64,000 nucleotides of DNA from Trichoplax sp. H2 (GCA_003344405.1 NOWV01000002.1:1488001-1552000); one strand, 5' to 3'; positions 39,301 through 54,099 are shown, counted from the first letter of the stretch. The notes: a model not told the origin generated them from the letters alone. Translations and numbers: made by a program.

Positions 39301-41227
39301 AATAAAGAGAAATATTATTACACTACGAATAAACTAGATATCGAGTATTCACTTTAGGAAAATCTCGTCAACATAGTTAGCGCTTAGAGATTTCGACTGA
39401 TCTAGTCACGTTTTTGGCATAATAACAAAATATTTTACAACTAGCTGCAGACAACATCTTATACCTACATTTAAGTCAGCCATTAATCAGAATTCTTTTA
39501 AGTTAATGGTACATTCACCGAAAAAATATTTCTTAGATACTGCAAGTAGACTGGGTTTATTACGAAAAGATCATTCATATTTACCTCTGCGATCGAAATG
39601 TCCACTACGTAATATTAATATTGGCGAACCATTTTTGTCATAGCCAAAAAATGTAGCAGGATAATACTTTTTTATGGGCTAAAAGAAAGTGAAATGAAAG
39701 ATTAGTAATGGAAGTCTCTAAATCAGATTCATTTAAGGTCAGAAGTCGTTTGAAAACAACAAAAATGTTACATTGTACCTCCGGCATTTTGTAGGTTTTA
39801 ACAAGGGTGTCTAATTGCATTTCTTTACGCACAATCATACTCTATAGTAAATTGTTACAAGTTAGGTTAGTAGATATAGGGAAATTATAAATGAATAGTA
39901 TACACTATCGTTATTGAAAAGAAATAAAAGAAAACAGATACTTTCCGTCTTGCTATTTCGTACCTTACTAACCATCTTTTCAGCTTCATCAATCTGAAAA
40001 TCTCGAGCTGTATGGTAATAAGGACGGTTATTGAAATAGTAAGTATTAAAATATATCGTTTATATAGGATAGCTTGTTTCTATTCAAAAGCCTAAACCAC
40101 TGGCAATATTTCCTATATTTACCACTACGCAATGATTATTAGTAGTGATTTATCTAATTCGTATAGCAATATTAGGTGGTCTTTACAATTTTCATTTTTG
40201 TAGCAATGCTGATATATAAGAATTATTGCACTTTAGGTTATTCGTCGTTAAGGATGGACATTTTTTTTTTCTTACATCGCAAACCAATAATGTTTAATAA
40301 TAGTGCTAATCATTATCTTTTAAGCTATTTACTATCTTTGTCTATGAAATTTGAATCTTGTTAGGTAATTGATTTCTCAGCATCTGAAGAAACACTGTTA
40401 TATTTTGTAGTACAACCTTGTACTAACCTGCGAAATTTGCATTACAGTAAGTTTTATTATGAACAAGAATTATAGTTAAATTAAAATTTACAAAGAGGTT
40501 CAAATGGAAATAAACGCTTTCAAAAAGCTATATTTATTATAATATCATAGATCAATAGAAAGCTATCAAATTCTACCGGTAAAGCACCATTTATACTGAA
40601 TACTAATCTTATTAGTAACATGAAGGAATTGAAAAGCAGCAGTATCTTTGATCTAAATACCTTCAGTTAGTTTAGTCCGATAAGGGGTTAAAGGAGCATG
40701 TATTACAACGAAATTTAATCTAATTCACATTTAACTATAACATAGTATAATTGGCAATGATCTTTTAGCTGAAAAATTAAATTTTTAGTCATTCTATTTT
40801 AGCTTAATGAATTAACTTTCAGCTGGAATATATCTTCATAGAGTTGTAGTGATTTACGCCAATTTTTTGAAAACAAAAGTCTAATGAAACTACAATGATA
40901 TCACAGTTTCATTAAAATTCCTTATTCCTTACCACGAAGCCATCGAAGTAAGTAGTAATCATCTTTAAGGTCTGTAGGTTGAATAAAGCTGGCTATTCGT
41001 TTGCGAAACTGTAAGAAAAATGAAAGCAGTTGCAATATTTCGTCAACTTTCGTTCGTTAAAATAGTTACTAAATTAAATTTTAGGCAAAGAATCGTTTCA
41101 TGATAGGATTAAAGTAGTTAATATGTTGATTAACGCAAGTTAATAGTGCATGGATTCTATGTTCTTTTCTTACCTCATCTAGAACAGTTTGCTGCTGTTT
41201 GTTTAAATCTCCTACATAGCCACTCAT
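36327..41227 (-). CDS. SEC14L2-like protein, paralog 2, 15 exons, ~398 aa
   Basis: Exons 41227-41174, 41008-40933, 40007-39964, 39841-39779, 39678-39585, 39216-39122, 38980-38905, 38674-38655, 38414-38354, 37975-37892, 37541-37435, 37126-36978, 36877-36787, 36684-36612, 36436-36327; all GT-AG and in frame: MSGYVGDLNKQQQ..DDYYLLRWLRARDF..EDNYPEMMK..LPKALGG..GDPYCPSQICPGGEIPKSYY..FDNTYSW. Confidence 0.93.
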
Positions 41228-44200
41228 GTTAAATTAACTTAACCTAAAAATTCATTAGAAAATGATTGCTTTAAATTAAATAGAGGCATGAAACTGGTTT
41301 TGATCATAAAGTATCATATGTATGATATCAGTTGCGCTATTGTAATGCTCCGTGATATAAGATTTTTCAGTCTTGAATTAGAATACATGCATATCCACCC
41401 ACACGCTACTACCCATTATCATTTTATATATTCGTGTGTGCACATCCTTTATTTAGTGTTAATAATAGATGGGAAAAATCTTCTTTTCTTTCATTATTCT
41501 GTTTAATCAGAATCTATCTGTTCGACTATAAGCAGTTTAATGATAAACGCCAGTGGGAGTTAATTAAAATTATCCGATAATAATTATAAATAGAACTGCA
41601 GATAGATGTATATACAGTGTTTTTCCACAAGTATTTGTTCTCAATTACAGTAGCATAGAAAGATTATTTTTAACTTATATCATTATTACGAAATTTGCTA
41701 GGATATGCTAGCCATCAATATGTAGTCATTTTATATATTTTGTAATACCATTTTAAAAAGCCATAAAAAAGTACGGTATATTAATAGTTTAGTAATGAGT
41801 AACCATTTATTTGTAACAGGGCTAACATATCATGACGTTAAATTTGTGGCATCTATATTTTTTTTTCCATTTAATACCGCAGCTTTCGTCTGTATTAAGC
41901 TGAATTTTATATGCTGATTTGGTTTGATAACTGTAGATGCAGTAGTTTATTTGATGGAGCATAGCTGTTACTCCAGATAGTGGAATTATATAGTCTAACT
42001 GAAAGCAGATAAAAAATAATCTAAGTGTACTAAATTAAAATATCCAACAATGATAATATAGCAATATATAAAGATACTGGATCATTTACATATTATTAAT
42101 CCTCAATTTACTATAAACTAGCTTTTTATAAATGCCATTGTCAATTAGTTGGCGTAATATTTTGGACGTCTATTTTCGTCATTTCATGAGTACATATACT
42201 AATAGTACGGCTGTATCAGTAAAGATATTCAGAGCAACAATAGATTAATTTCTGAAATGTAATATTTTTATGACGAAGTTATCGTTGAATTAATTCTGTA
42301 CTAATTTGTTACTTCATTAATTGTTAAGATAATCGTAATTCTGCTTAATACCACATCTTTGTTTGACATCATAGTAATCGTGAAACCAAAATTTCTTCAT
42401 AAATATCAAAAGCTTGCATTTTTTGATGAAACAAGTAATAAATAATTTAGTCAGGCTTTAAATTTCTAACAGTAGTTAGGTCAAGAAAACCCAGAGCGTT
42501 AAATTGTCAAATTACCTCGTTATAACAACGGAATATATCAATATGTTGAATATTTGTACATATATTAATTTTCAATTATATTACTATGATTCTGCTATTT
42601 AATGAATATTATTACCTGGTAATTGTTACGAGACTCCTAACGGCTACTAAACTCATCGTTCGTGTGTTGACAGCAATTTTAATAGTCATGCATGTATATA
42701 TGTTATATAACAATAGAATATTGTCTAAACGATCTTTTTCTCTTATTAATACTATTTATAAACCAGCTGTATACTTGGTAATTATAAAAAATTTCTAATT
42801 TGTTTTAATATAATATATTAAAAATCATGATACTCATAACTTCTGTTTAATATTTCTATGTAGCTACATATCACTTGAAATAGATGATTATGGACTCGAA
42901 CGTTTTTATGCGAAGTAATGGAGTGAAGTATAGAATGCTTTTAGGTCTTTAGCTTTGACGTCATTGATCATAATGTCTTTACGAATAGTAAAATCAGCGA
43001 ACAATTTTCGACTGCGGCTAAGCTGCTAAAAAGTATTAATCTAATATATTTTAGTGACTTTGATATATAGAGAGACAGACTTGAATTTTCTTTATCTTTG
43101 TGAATTTATATCATTCACATTTCGGATTATAAATATGTTCATGAAGAAATGTCAATTATCCTATCTAAGGTTTCCCTTTCATCGCTGCCATAGACCATTA
43201 ATGATGTAGTTTTAAGATTTACTATAGTACCAGGTTGTCATAAAGATATCAATTATTATGCAATGGTAAAAGTATTACCGATCGAAATAGGATTTTATGA
43301 TCAGATAATAATCGGATGCTATTCCTATCGGTATAAGATTTTTGTAGATTGTTGAATCCTTGTCACAAATAGCAACTTAAATTGCTCATTGCTAGTGATG
43401 CATTCAAAATTCCGGCTAACTGAAAGAATTTATAGGCCCTTATATTCTAGTATAAATATGTTTGAAGACTAAACGATTTAATGTATGCTCACTATAAACG
43501 AATTCAAATCTTGAAAGAATCGAGTTTCTATTCGTATTTTGCTATATCATTGAGGATCTTAACGGATCCTCAATCATTGAATAAAGTAAAACAGATATAT
43601 TCTTTTGCCAGTTATAAGAATAACGTAATTGAATTTGGGTTGGCTATACGAATATTACAGAAGTTCCTTGAAATTTAAGTGAAATGATACCAGTTTTGAT
43701 AACATCCAGTCGCATATTAGATATTTCGAAATGATAATTGCAGAAATAATATGGTAATTGACTAATTCTGGTGGTTGTAAAAATGCTTACCCTGAACCTA
43801 AAATCATTAGATGATTACAGCTATCTAGTATTTTTGTGAGTGAAGCAGAAAGTATTGCTTAAATTAAAAGTCTGAAAAATCTTTTCAACACATCAACATC
43901 CAATAAAGCGTATTTATTCCAAAGGCACAAACTGCATTCATTTCAATTCTACTCTCTAACCTATTACGTGGTTAGTGCCATCTGAGATTCTTCTGCACGA
44001 ATAGTTTGAATTATATTATGAAAAAATAATAATAGCGATTAAGATAGAATGTTGCTGTGGTATAAAAGAATTTGAAAGCTGTTGCCGATACAGATATTTG
44101 GGATAAAATTCTATTAGTTCATGAACGTCACGGTTACAGTAAGTGTTTTTAATGAAAGCGAGTTAGAACTTCCGCGAATATCTCCCTGTTGTACATTGCA

Positions 44201-47200
44201 TTCCGTTTCTGAAGAGTGGATTTGCACTATAGTCCGGGAATGAGGTTAGAGCTATTTGTTGCTTCTAATTTACCAAATAGTTAAGTTTTGTCGCAAGTAA
44301 TAGCTAATTGTTTGGTGTGGTACTTATGCATTAACTTTAGAAATATCCTAATAGCGCCAAATTCATACACTTTAGTATCAAAGCGAGTAAGTTCAACGGT
44401 ACTGTAAAATATTGTTCAATTACGAAACAAGGAGCATAAAGTTATTAATTTCTTACTGCATCTTCAAGCTGGTTAAATATTAATATTATTATACTGTCTT
44501 TATAATAGCAAATCAAGAATAAAGCAATCTAAAATAGCTAAGTGTAGTTTATGACTTGGGAGCTCTAAATAAGAGATTGAACGATGAGTGCAATGTTGAG
44601 TTTAGATATGGTACCGATCTATTTAATTTTATTAGTTTAAGCGATAATATAATAAATTTTTTCGTTGACTTAAGGTATCATTAAAATTTATAAAATATGG
44701 CATAGGACTTCTTAGCTATACTATTCAAATCTTAAGTATGTAATATTATAACGACAAAAATATAGCTTCATTAATGAAATTACATAATTCTTTGCATGGT
44801 CTGTCAGATAAGACTGTTACACTTGCAAGGTGACTTTATGCTATCTACTGAGTCTAAAAATTACAGTAGTTTATTAATCCATCTTCAGAAGATTAATATA
44901 TTAAGCTATAATAATAGTTATAATCACGAAAAACGTCTTAACTTACGTAGTGTTACATCCACAAAGATATCGAAATTATTAAAGGTGTTTCATAATAAAT
45001 TCAGTTAATAGTGTATTAGAGAAGCAACTGTTACAATTTCGATGTCATCCAATGATTTAGTTATGTTCCAAAATTGTAGTAACGTATTCACATATTATCA
45101 AAGGATTAGTATATTACGTTATAATAGTGGTTACAATAACGCTCTATCTAATCTAATTAAAAAACAGAGATAACGATAATCAGATGCAGTCTTTACAGAA
45201 ATGAGTTAAAATAACAAATCACGAAGATACCATCTACCATAGATGATTTGAGACATCAATGATGACAAACAAGTGAAGCGAAAAGAGTCGAATATTTAAT
45301 AGTTAGACCAAGATCTTTCTCTTTTTTAGGACACTCTCATTAATTTAATTTCTTATGCGTTAGTCTGCATGGTTCTTATTGCAAATAACATGTATAAATA
45401 CTACATGACACAGTCTACTTACTTTTGGTAGTAATATGGAAGAGGTTTTATTAATGATTATAATGGTATGCCGTCAGCAGGATGACAGATTGTCAATCCA
45501 GATAAAGATTTGGCTGGAGGAAGAAAAAATGAACCTAGTAATTTCAAAAGTTACAATATTTAACTTGAGATATGGCGATCATATAACATACATTAATTTG
45601 ACGTGTGAGAAAATAGGGAGGGACATAAAAGCACTCTCAAGTTCAAAGCTGCAGCAGTGGGAAAACCTTTATTTAAGTTAAAGTCATCCGTTTTATTATT
45701 AATAATAAAAGCTATCATAACTTTTCTTTCTTTCTCCACCCAGCCCATTATTAGACAGATTAATAATCATAACTGTTCATATAGAACGGTAACCATTAGC
45801 TAATTCATCTGCATTTTTGATGATAATATCACTTACATAATGAGTTTAATCAATAAAGCAAACATATCAAGATGCTTATCATGTGATCGTATTCTCTAGC
45901 CAATAGCATCTAGCAATTAGAATTACTTTACAGGAAGTAACCCTATTAATTATATATGGCGATATCATCACAATTGGCCTCATGATTAAAGCCATAAACA
46001 ACAAAATGATAATCGTTATTGATACTGGACGCTATGCTATCTCTATTGATCGATCTAAATACTTTCTCTCACTATTCTATGTTACTTTTTGGCGTAATAG
46101 AGAAAGTAGAAGTTTCGCCTACAAATACAACGGCAGTAGATAATTAATACTGTGCGACTTCTAATAGCGGTAAAATTATTTACTAAATTAAAATTTGATT
46201 AGTTATCGCTGAAGAATATTCTTCTTGCGATGCAAATCTTAATATACCTAATATAGCGCTTGTTAAAGTAGACTAATCAGCTAGCAATACAGTACACTAT
46301 CGTGCCTCTTACAAACGAAAATTCTGAATCTTTCGATCACAAGCTATTGAGGTAATTATATAAATCACGTACAAGCCAGGGAAAATGAGACCGTCGTCGA
46401 TGTTAATCGATTAGTTAGCATATCGTTAGATTCAATTGACATTTAAGAAACCGTGTCTAAATTTATTTAAAAATTTTGGCAATAGCGCTCTGAGTGGAAG
46501 CTAAGAAAGGACTTATAATCATCTGCTTCGTAAATTCATAAGCTGCTTTAGCGATAGTTCCGTACTCAGTTAGCTCCAATTTGAAAGCCTGATAAACTGT
46601 ATTATAATTTTTGCTACTATAGTTTGACATCAAATGTGAATAGTTCCCTAAGCAACATTTAGATAAAGCTATGAGCGATTGTCTTGTTTTTGTATATTGC
46701 CGTATCACTATCTTATATGGTAGAAATATCTTTCGCTGAATTTACTGCGTGGGAAGCCTTAGGATCTTTTTATGTCTATAAGCACAATGTTAGATGAAAA
46801 TGGAGAGCACAGGATATGATACGAACTAGTAATGAAATTAATAAGCTTTATTATGACCTTAGGCTAAATTTGTGGTTATACTTATTCTGTAATCAAAATA
46901 TTAATTGATATACCCTTCTACTGAAGCAAGGTATTTTTATTGTTTAACCTAAAATAAGAATTTAGATATGCCATTTACACCTATTTTGGCTAAGAAGTAC
47001 ATGATAAATTCATAAATCTCCATACAAATTTATTCTGTGCCTGTTGGCAATCCCCTGTTGATTTCTAGAAAAAGGAATATATCGTATGCTTATAAATTTA
47101 TTATCCTGATAGAAGAACAGATCTGATCATGAGAATGATTAAGAAGATTTTCGAACTGTGGATTAACTATTAATTAGGTCAATGTGATCAATAATGTGTC

Positions 47201-49222
47201 AAAATATCTTTATACTTATTCATACTGTCAATGTTGAATTAAGGATATGAGTAATGCTTCTAATAATTATTATTATCAATTGTATGCATAATATAGAATA
47301 GCTCTCATCCCCTAGCCTCACTAGTTTTCTAGTGCGTAACAACTCTTTCCGAATATTACGTGTACTATTTACAGCATGATATATTGTCAAAGTAAATAAG
47401 AAATTAAATACAGTTAGCGATCGGTATGAATAATGGCCAGTGCGTTATATATCATAGAATATTGCTCATTATTATTCATTTATTAAATCATACGAGAATG
47501 TTCATAATTCATAATAAGGTAACCTTAATCAAGACACGAACTCAACAAGAAGCCTATACCGCCACTTTGTTTAACTTTAATTTACAGGTAAATGCTCGTA
47601 TGCTCGGAAATTATGTAAATGAAATTTTTTTGATCAAATATAAATTAATGATATAATGTTAAAAAGCGTAAGGCATTTTAATGATATTCAGTTAAGGTAA
47701 AGATTCTACTGAGGTTTCTATGATCTTAAAATAAGGCTTCAAAAGGTTAAAATAGTAAAACTGTAGTTGTGCTATTCGGATCTAAAAACGGCATGAAAGT
47801 GTAAGATATTTCTTAAATTTATAGGTTTATGTTAAACTTTCACTCCATTATCGTATGCGATTCTAAATAGTAAATCCGCTAGTAAAGAAGTTAATCATAC
47901 TATAGACTAATATCGGTAATCCTTGTTAAGTAAGCATTATCGGTCAATACTTGTATGTAACTGATGCATAAAGAAATTGAGAACGATTTCTTAATCTAGA
48001 GTAAGATTGCAATATAAAATTACTATTACATTATGCACAGTCCAGAGGTGGATAATGGATCAAAGGAAATCAACTAAATCTGAGTGTCATCCCTTTTGAC
48101 ATATCAGGTAAATGATTATATTTAATCAAGCAAGTATTGCAATAATGCCCTAGCTTTGATAATAATATTTGCTAAAAAGATCATCAATGAACTATACATG
48201 TATGTCAAAGATCACTATTTTCGTCATGCCAGTTATCTTCTAATACGGTAGTAAATCAAGTATTTGATGCATTTACGACAGCAGTAAGCGTATTCTAGGA
48301 ACAGATATATTCCTAATTCCAGTTAGTCGAAAAAATAGATTCTATAAAGTTTGAATATAAGCAGAATTTCTGTATATGCAATCTCAACGTTTTCAAATAT
48401 AACTTCACTTCATTTTCTATACTTAATATATAATTTCTTCCGACAAAATGCTAGTTATAAATTAGCTATGCAATATTTATTAACTCATCAGATTGCTATA
48501 TAATTCAGTCTTTCAATCGCGATTCTGTACCAAGCATGTGTTAAATCTAAAGTTTTACTTCTGGATCTGTAACTTTTTCGAGAACGTTATCTCCGACCGT
48601 GCAAGCTTACAAACCATCAAATAAATGCATTAAGAATCAAGGATTAGGTTGTGAGATAGATTTCAGCAATAAAAAAAGTGAAGATAGGTGTTAATAGAAT
48701 TTTGCTATTGCAACATGAGAAAATATGAGAAAGATCAAAAGCAATCATAGAAACTACGCTTGAGAGATCTACCTGGCAAAAGATAAAATTTTGTGGAATG
48801 CAATTATTTGAATTAGGCAATTACAAAGAGAGGATGGGGGTTAAATACGACCTTCGTGACCTTACATACTGACTAGTCATTGTAGTCGGGAATAATATCA
48901 AGAAAAATAATATGGCTTACAAATAAACATATACGCTTAAAAGAGTATGGCGAAAGGTATGAAATATGATTTGAAAGGTCTTCAATTAGTAAGTACGATA
49001 TATGCAAATTGTGAACGCTGCTAGTATCAATGTTAAGCTTCATGAAAGCAACCTTTAAGTAATGACTGATAAATGACAATTTAGACATTATTTGATAAAT
49101 CAATATTCATAGTAACAATATAATATATAGCAACTGGATTTAAAGCACAACCTTAAAAGTAAAGAAAATAGAACAGTCCTATTCTTTAGCGCCATAACTG
49201 GTAAAAGGTCTTAAAAGCAGTT

Positions 49223-52200
49223 TTAAATATCGACGACAAATTCTACTTGACAGACGCATTTTGAACCCTTCTCTACACTGAAAAATAGAGAGTTTTTATC
49301 TTCGGCTTGCCAAGTTTTGATTGCAACTTCACTGTCAAGATGTATTTCTCTAAAAAACGAAACACTTTTCTGACGGATACAACGTGGATTGAAATCTTTA
49401 CCGAAATTATACTTGTAGCAGCTGCTATTAGACGAAATAGCGGAACTCGCGGTATCAAGGCAAAAGCCAAATATACCGGCGTAACCGATATGATTATTAT
49501 AATCGACATCACTTGATCGCGTTTTCACTTTGTAGGTATAATGATTTTCAGGTACTTTCTTAAATAGTAGCATAACCTATATAGAAAATAGAAAAATTTA
49601 TAAATTTTAGCTTTAACCCAAATAACTTTTAGCAGTATTTTATGAAAGATTTTACGTTAATTTATTTATTACAATCGGCATTAAATATCGTTATGATCCA
49701 TAAGATTTACATGGACGATAAGCACATAGTAATCAGTAATTGTAGGGTGATATAAAAATGTTAGATTTCGAATCAGCTTACTTATATAATTATCTAGTAA
49801 CAAGTACTGTATCTTATATATTATTATGTTACCCCTTCGTCGGATACCCTCGTAGGTACTTCTTCCAACATTTTTTTCTTGTACGCTTCAGGAAATGTTT
49901 CGAGCTTGCCATTTTTCATGAAAATACAAACGTTATCATAGCTTAAAACCAATTGCTCAGTTAGTATGTCGTAAAATTCAAAAGTAAGAATACACGACGA
50001 CTTGCCAATAGACGTCATTCTCATCGATTGTCTTATCATTGTATTTGGTGGTAAATCATAAAGTGCTGGATTTATTACTCCTGTATTTGCCACAATCATT
50101 AGTGTACCGCTGTATTTAGAGGCTAGTACGTTAAAGTCGAATACACCTAAACGTAAGGAGGCTTCGAATCTTTCCAGAAAAACATATAACAGCTTACTTA
50201 CATCTGATTGTTTAAACCTATCGCTGAAATAAAATAAATGAGGTGAATTGAATTTAACATGGAAAGAATCAAGACTTATTATATCTAGATCCGGATCGAA
50301 GCGACCAGGTGTAAATTCTCGCTGTGGATCGAAATTAATTGTAAAAGAACTTAAACATTGTTCACCGCGCATGATTAAACTCTTTACTTCGTTTCGATCA
50401 GGGTTAGACCATGATTTGACAATCAATGTCTCGTCAACATATGCCGGTAATAAGTAATCGAGTTGAAATCGAGCAGTTTTACTCAGCCATTTATTATCTA
50501 TTTTAGCCATATAATCATCATATTTGGAACGTATAGCATCTTTAATACCGCTGACAGCAAAGCATAAATGTTGAGGTATTAGGACTTCATAAGTATGTCC
50601 TAAATCATTAGGTCGAACTTTGATTTCGAAAGAATGATATTCAGATGGTTGTTCCTATTCATGATTTTGAAATAAAATTATCGTTATTAATATATGATTG
50701 GAGACAAACCAAAATGCTATCTCGAATTAATATTTAGTGAACTAATATGAATTTTAGATCGTGTATGCATTAATATGTACCAGCGCTATATGAGTTCTAT
50801 GAACAGGAAAAAGCTATACTGCTATGATTACTGTAATATTTTGTGATTGTCGACACGATTAGGAGTGAAACAGTCGTCGTAAGAGCGTACAATTTTTATA
50901 CCGTATCGAGTTCGGTATTCACTGTTATTGACGAACGTCAACAATACTATTAAAATAGCCTGCACCATTGCTAGACCTTTGGCATGCTGGCATACAACAT
51001 CCGCCATGATCTTGCACAAATTTCTATATCATCTTAAAGCGAAATCTATACACTGTTGTCTTATATCTAATATTACTCGAAAGTTATAATAATCTATTAG
51101 TCAGGAGATACTTCCAAATAATGTAGGCAACACGTACTAGTAGATAGTTCTAGGACATGTAATCCCATGAAATAATGGTATCCAAATCGATTATCGAAGA
51201 GTCATCTAGCTTGCTATATTTATTTAATGTTGCCCGATTCTTTTGATATTCTTTAAAATGTTCGATACTATTTAGGTACTTACTATTTGAAGACTTTCTT
51301 CTATATCCGTTATTTGACCATCGACAACAACTTCATCGGTTTTACCGTCGTGTAAGTAGTNNNNNNNNNNNNNNNNNNNNCAGTTCCAACGACCGAATAC
51401 TATGGTATAATTATAGCGTCACAGATAGTGTAGACGAGAAAGTCAGAGATTTACTATCATTTATAACTGAAGAAATCTTGGCACCCAAGAATATAGTCTT
51501 TACAATTAAATATCAATTGATAAACTAGTGGACTATCTAACCGACTAGCTAACTAAAAAGGGATCTTCAGGCACCAGCCTTTTATAGTCTCGTCAGAAAC
51601 TCCAAATCGATTATCGAAGAGTCACCTAGCTTGCTATATTTATTTAATGTTGCCCGATTCGTTTGATATTCTTTAAAATGTTCGATACTATTTAGGTACT
51701 TACTATTTGAAGACTTTCCTCTATATCCGTTATTTGACCATCGACCACAACTTCATCGGTTTTACCGTCGTGTAAGTAGTAACTCAATTGTGTCTCTCCT
51801 TTTTTGCTCCATTTTATATTGCCTTCAGCACCTACGCCGTATAGAAAATACTTTGGCTTGACATTCGCGATATAAGATTTTGGTTGATAGGAGGTTAGTG
51901 ATAGCGATTGTTTCCGGTCAATGGACGAATTTTCACTAAATGTAGCAGTGTTTGTAATAATCTGCATGATATTTTCAATATTATTGCGATTCGTTTGATC
52001 ATTAAAACGTCCTAGAACTGTAAATCGTTTTTGGTTTGCTTCATTAGACTGGGATATCATTGAGAATAAGTATTCCACGCCAATACGTAGGTGGATCAAT
52101 TGAAATTTGTGGAATACATGTTTTGGTGAATGGATGCATATTATAGTTCATAAAAAATAAGATGTTAGCAAGATTCCATTTCAAACATTGAAGATCAAGA

Positions 52201-52596
52201 AATAGAAATATTATTCATATCGGTAGTAGAATGTAATCTACTGAGTTTAAAAATCTAAATAGAAGTCCTGCGATATTGTAAGCACTAGAATTTGGCTATA
52301 CTATATAAGACCTGTATATTCTTGTGCGTTTAGGCAAGTATCTGTAAGACTGCTACTGGGTAAAAAATAGTACTGTATTCAGACAACTAGTTATATCGGC
52401 AATATGAACTTACCTTGTATTTGAAAGACATTCTACTGTGATTTGCTGAGAATTTTTGCTGTAATATTGGTAATGGCTTAACATAGGTACAAAATTTAAG
52501 TCTCGCTGACAGGTTTAAATATTTTGAATGACTGATGTCATGATGATATACTTTATAATTAGGATTGATACGTCGAAAGATAATTAACGATTTCAT
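49223..52596 (-). CDS. Multi-hotdog-fold protein, acyl-ACP thioesterase-like; spliced, 5' end uncertain (~510-567 aa)
   Basis: Phase-0 GT-AG joins: exon ending 51704 (allelic copy ends 51284) -> 50654-49833 -> 49576-49223. Last exon has YTYKVKTRSSDVDYNNHI (DxNxH motif) and FFREIHLDSEVAIKTW. Middle exon has MRMTSIGKSSCILTFEFYD and LDYLLPAYVDETLIVKSW. Start is either ATG 52060, or an extra exon 52596-52414 spliced to the CAG acceptor before 52048. Confidence 0.72.
51181..51780. repeat. Near-identical duplication across an N-gap (51181-51360 vs 51601-51780); likely allelic
   Basis: Four substitutions in 180 bp; the two exonic ones are synonymous (GAA/GAG, GTT/GTG). Confidence 0.85.
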
Positions 52597-54099
52597 GATA
52601 GTGTCTGGCGGTATATTATTAGACGACAGGACTAATATCGAATGGGAATGGGAAAATGTTTCGTAGTTGTAGGATATATCTTCTTCAGATACGCGATATG
52701 AATAAAGCAATAACGTGTTTGTTAGAACAGAAACATTAACGAGTATCTTCGTAAGAAATGCATTAATACTGTAGTTTACTGATTGATACTATAGTACGAT
52801 GTTATTTTAAAGTAAATAAAAAATAGATTGGACCTTGATTAGTTCAACACAAGTTAACTTCACGGGTCTTATTTATTTACATTTGGTTCTCCGTAGGAAT
52901 TATGACCTTATTCCTAAACGTGATGTCGTGCAATTTGCCTTTTGACTTCAGTTATATGTAATGATTTAAATTATGGGCATTGGCTGTAATAAACACGTAC
53001 GTAAATATACAAATCTTACTGTGGAAAAGAAGGTTTTGATGATCAATAAACTGATAGAAATTGTAATATTTTCTATCAACGACAGGATAAACCTACTCCA
53101 CTTATAGTTTCAAATTTAAACGAAATGATGCAAATAAATAACTTTATCAAAATAATTATATAGCTTAGTTAGTCCATGCTTATATCTATACAGTACGGAT
53201 ATAGATCAAACTCCTGCATTGCTTGCTATGCATATTTTTAGAACCTCCTAATATTCTGTTTAAAGCAATGTAACAAATATATATGAAAGATGTTACCTTT
53301 TTAAAATTATCGTACTACCATTACATATTGTACCCTGCAATGCTATAAATTATGCTACTCATCTGATATACAGCATGATATGGAGTGAATCCTAATTACT
53401 TCATTGATTACGTTTACCATAATGAGTGATAAGTAATCAATGTTGTAGCTTTTCTAGATACAAAGTTAACTACATATCATAGGCTGTAATGAATTTTGTA
53501 ATGCAACATCGAACTGTGGAACTGTAATGCATTCTGACATGAATTGATAACGTCTGCAATTCTATATGTTAAATTTGCCATATAATTCCATATCAGATTT
53601 TTTTGGTAATTTCTGGTAATTTGATCACTTAGAATCCAATAGATAATATGATTATCAATGAGTAATATGATTTTAGGAGGCATAATTTAAATCAATGATA
53701 TAGGGAAATTACCATCTGACACTTGTTATATTATAATAATTCTGTTACTAAAAATTTGTTAATATTAATTTATGGTGTCATGCTACGAAGAATCTTTCTC
53801 GTATGGAAACATTAATTAAATAATTTGCTTGCATTATACATAAAGAGAGAATATTTCAAATTATTTCAGACTACATTCGATCAAATAAGTAGTTCAAATT
53901 TATATCACAACGATTTATGCTAAGGATTAATGTTTATGATAGCATTAACTAATTAATCAATGAAGGGTATTAAAATTACTAATATAATGCACGGCTAAAA
54001 TGTGCCAAAATATCTGCCTGAATATAGATATACAGTATATAATATAGAATAATAGCCTGAATAGACTAATAATTATTTAAATATTCGTGTCGATTATAA

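Noticed and set aside
41500..49100. Hidden gene or fourth SEC14 copy in the long intergenic stretch
   Set aside because: No recognisable exons or SEC14 motifs found by eye; small exons cannot be excluded.
51284..51360. Apparent duplicated or mutually exclusive thioesterase exon
   Set aside because: The copies flank an N-gap and differ by ~2%; best explained as allelic overlap.
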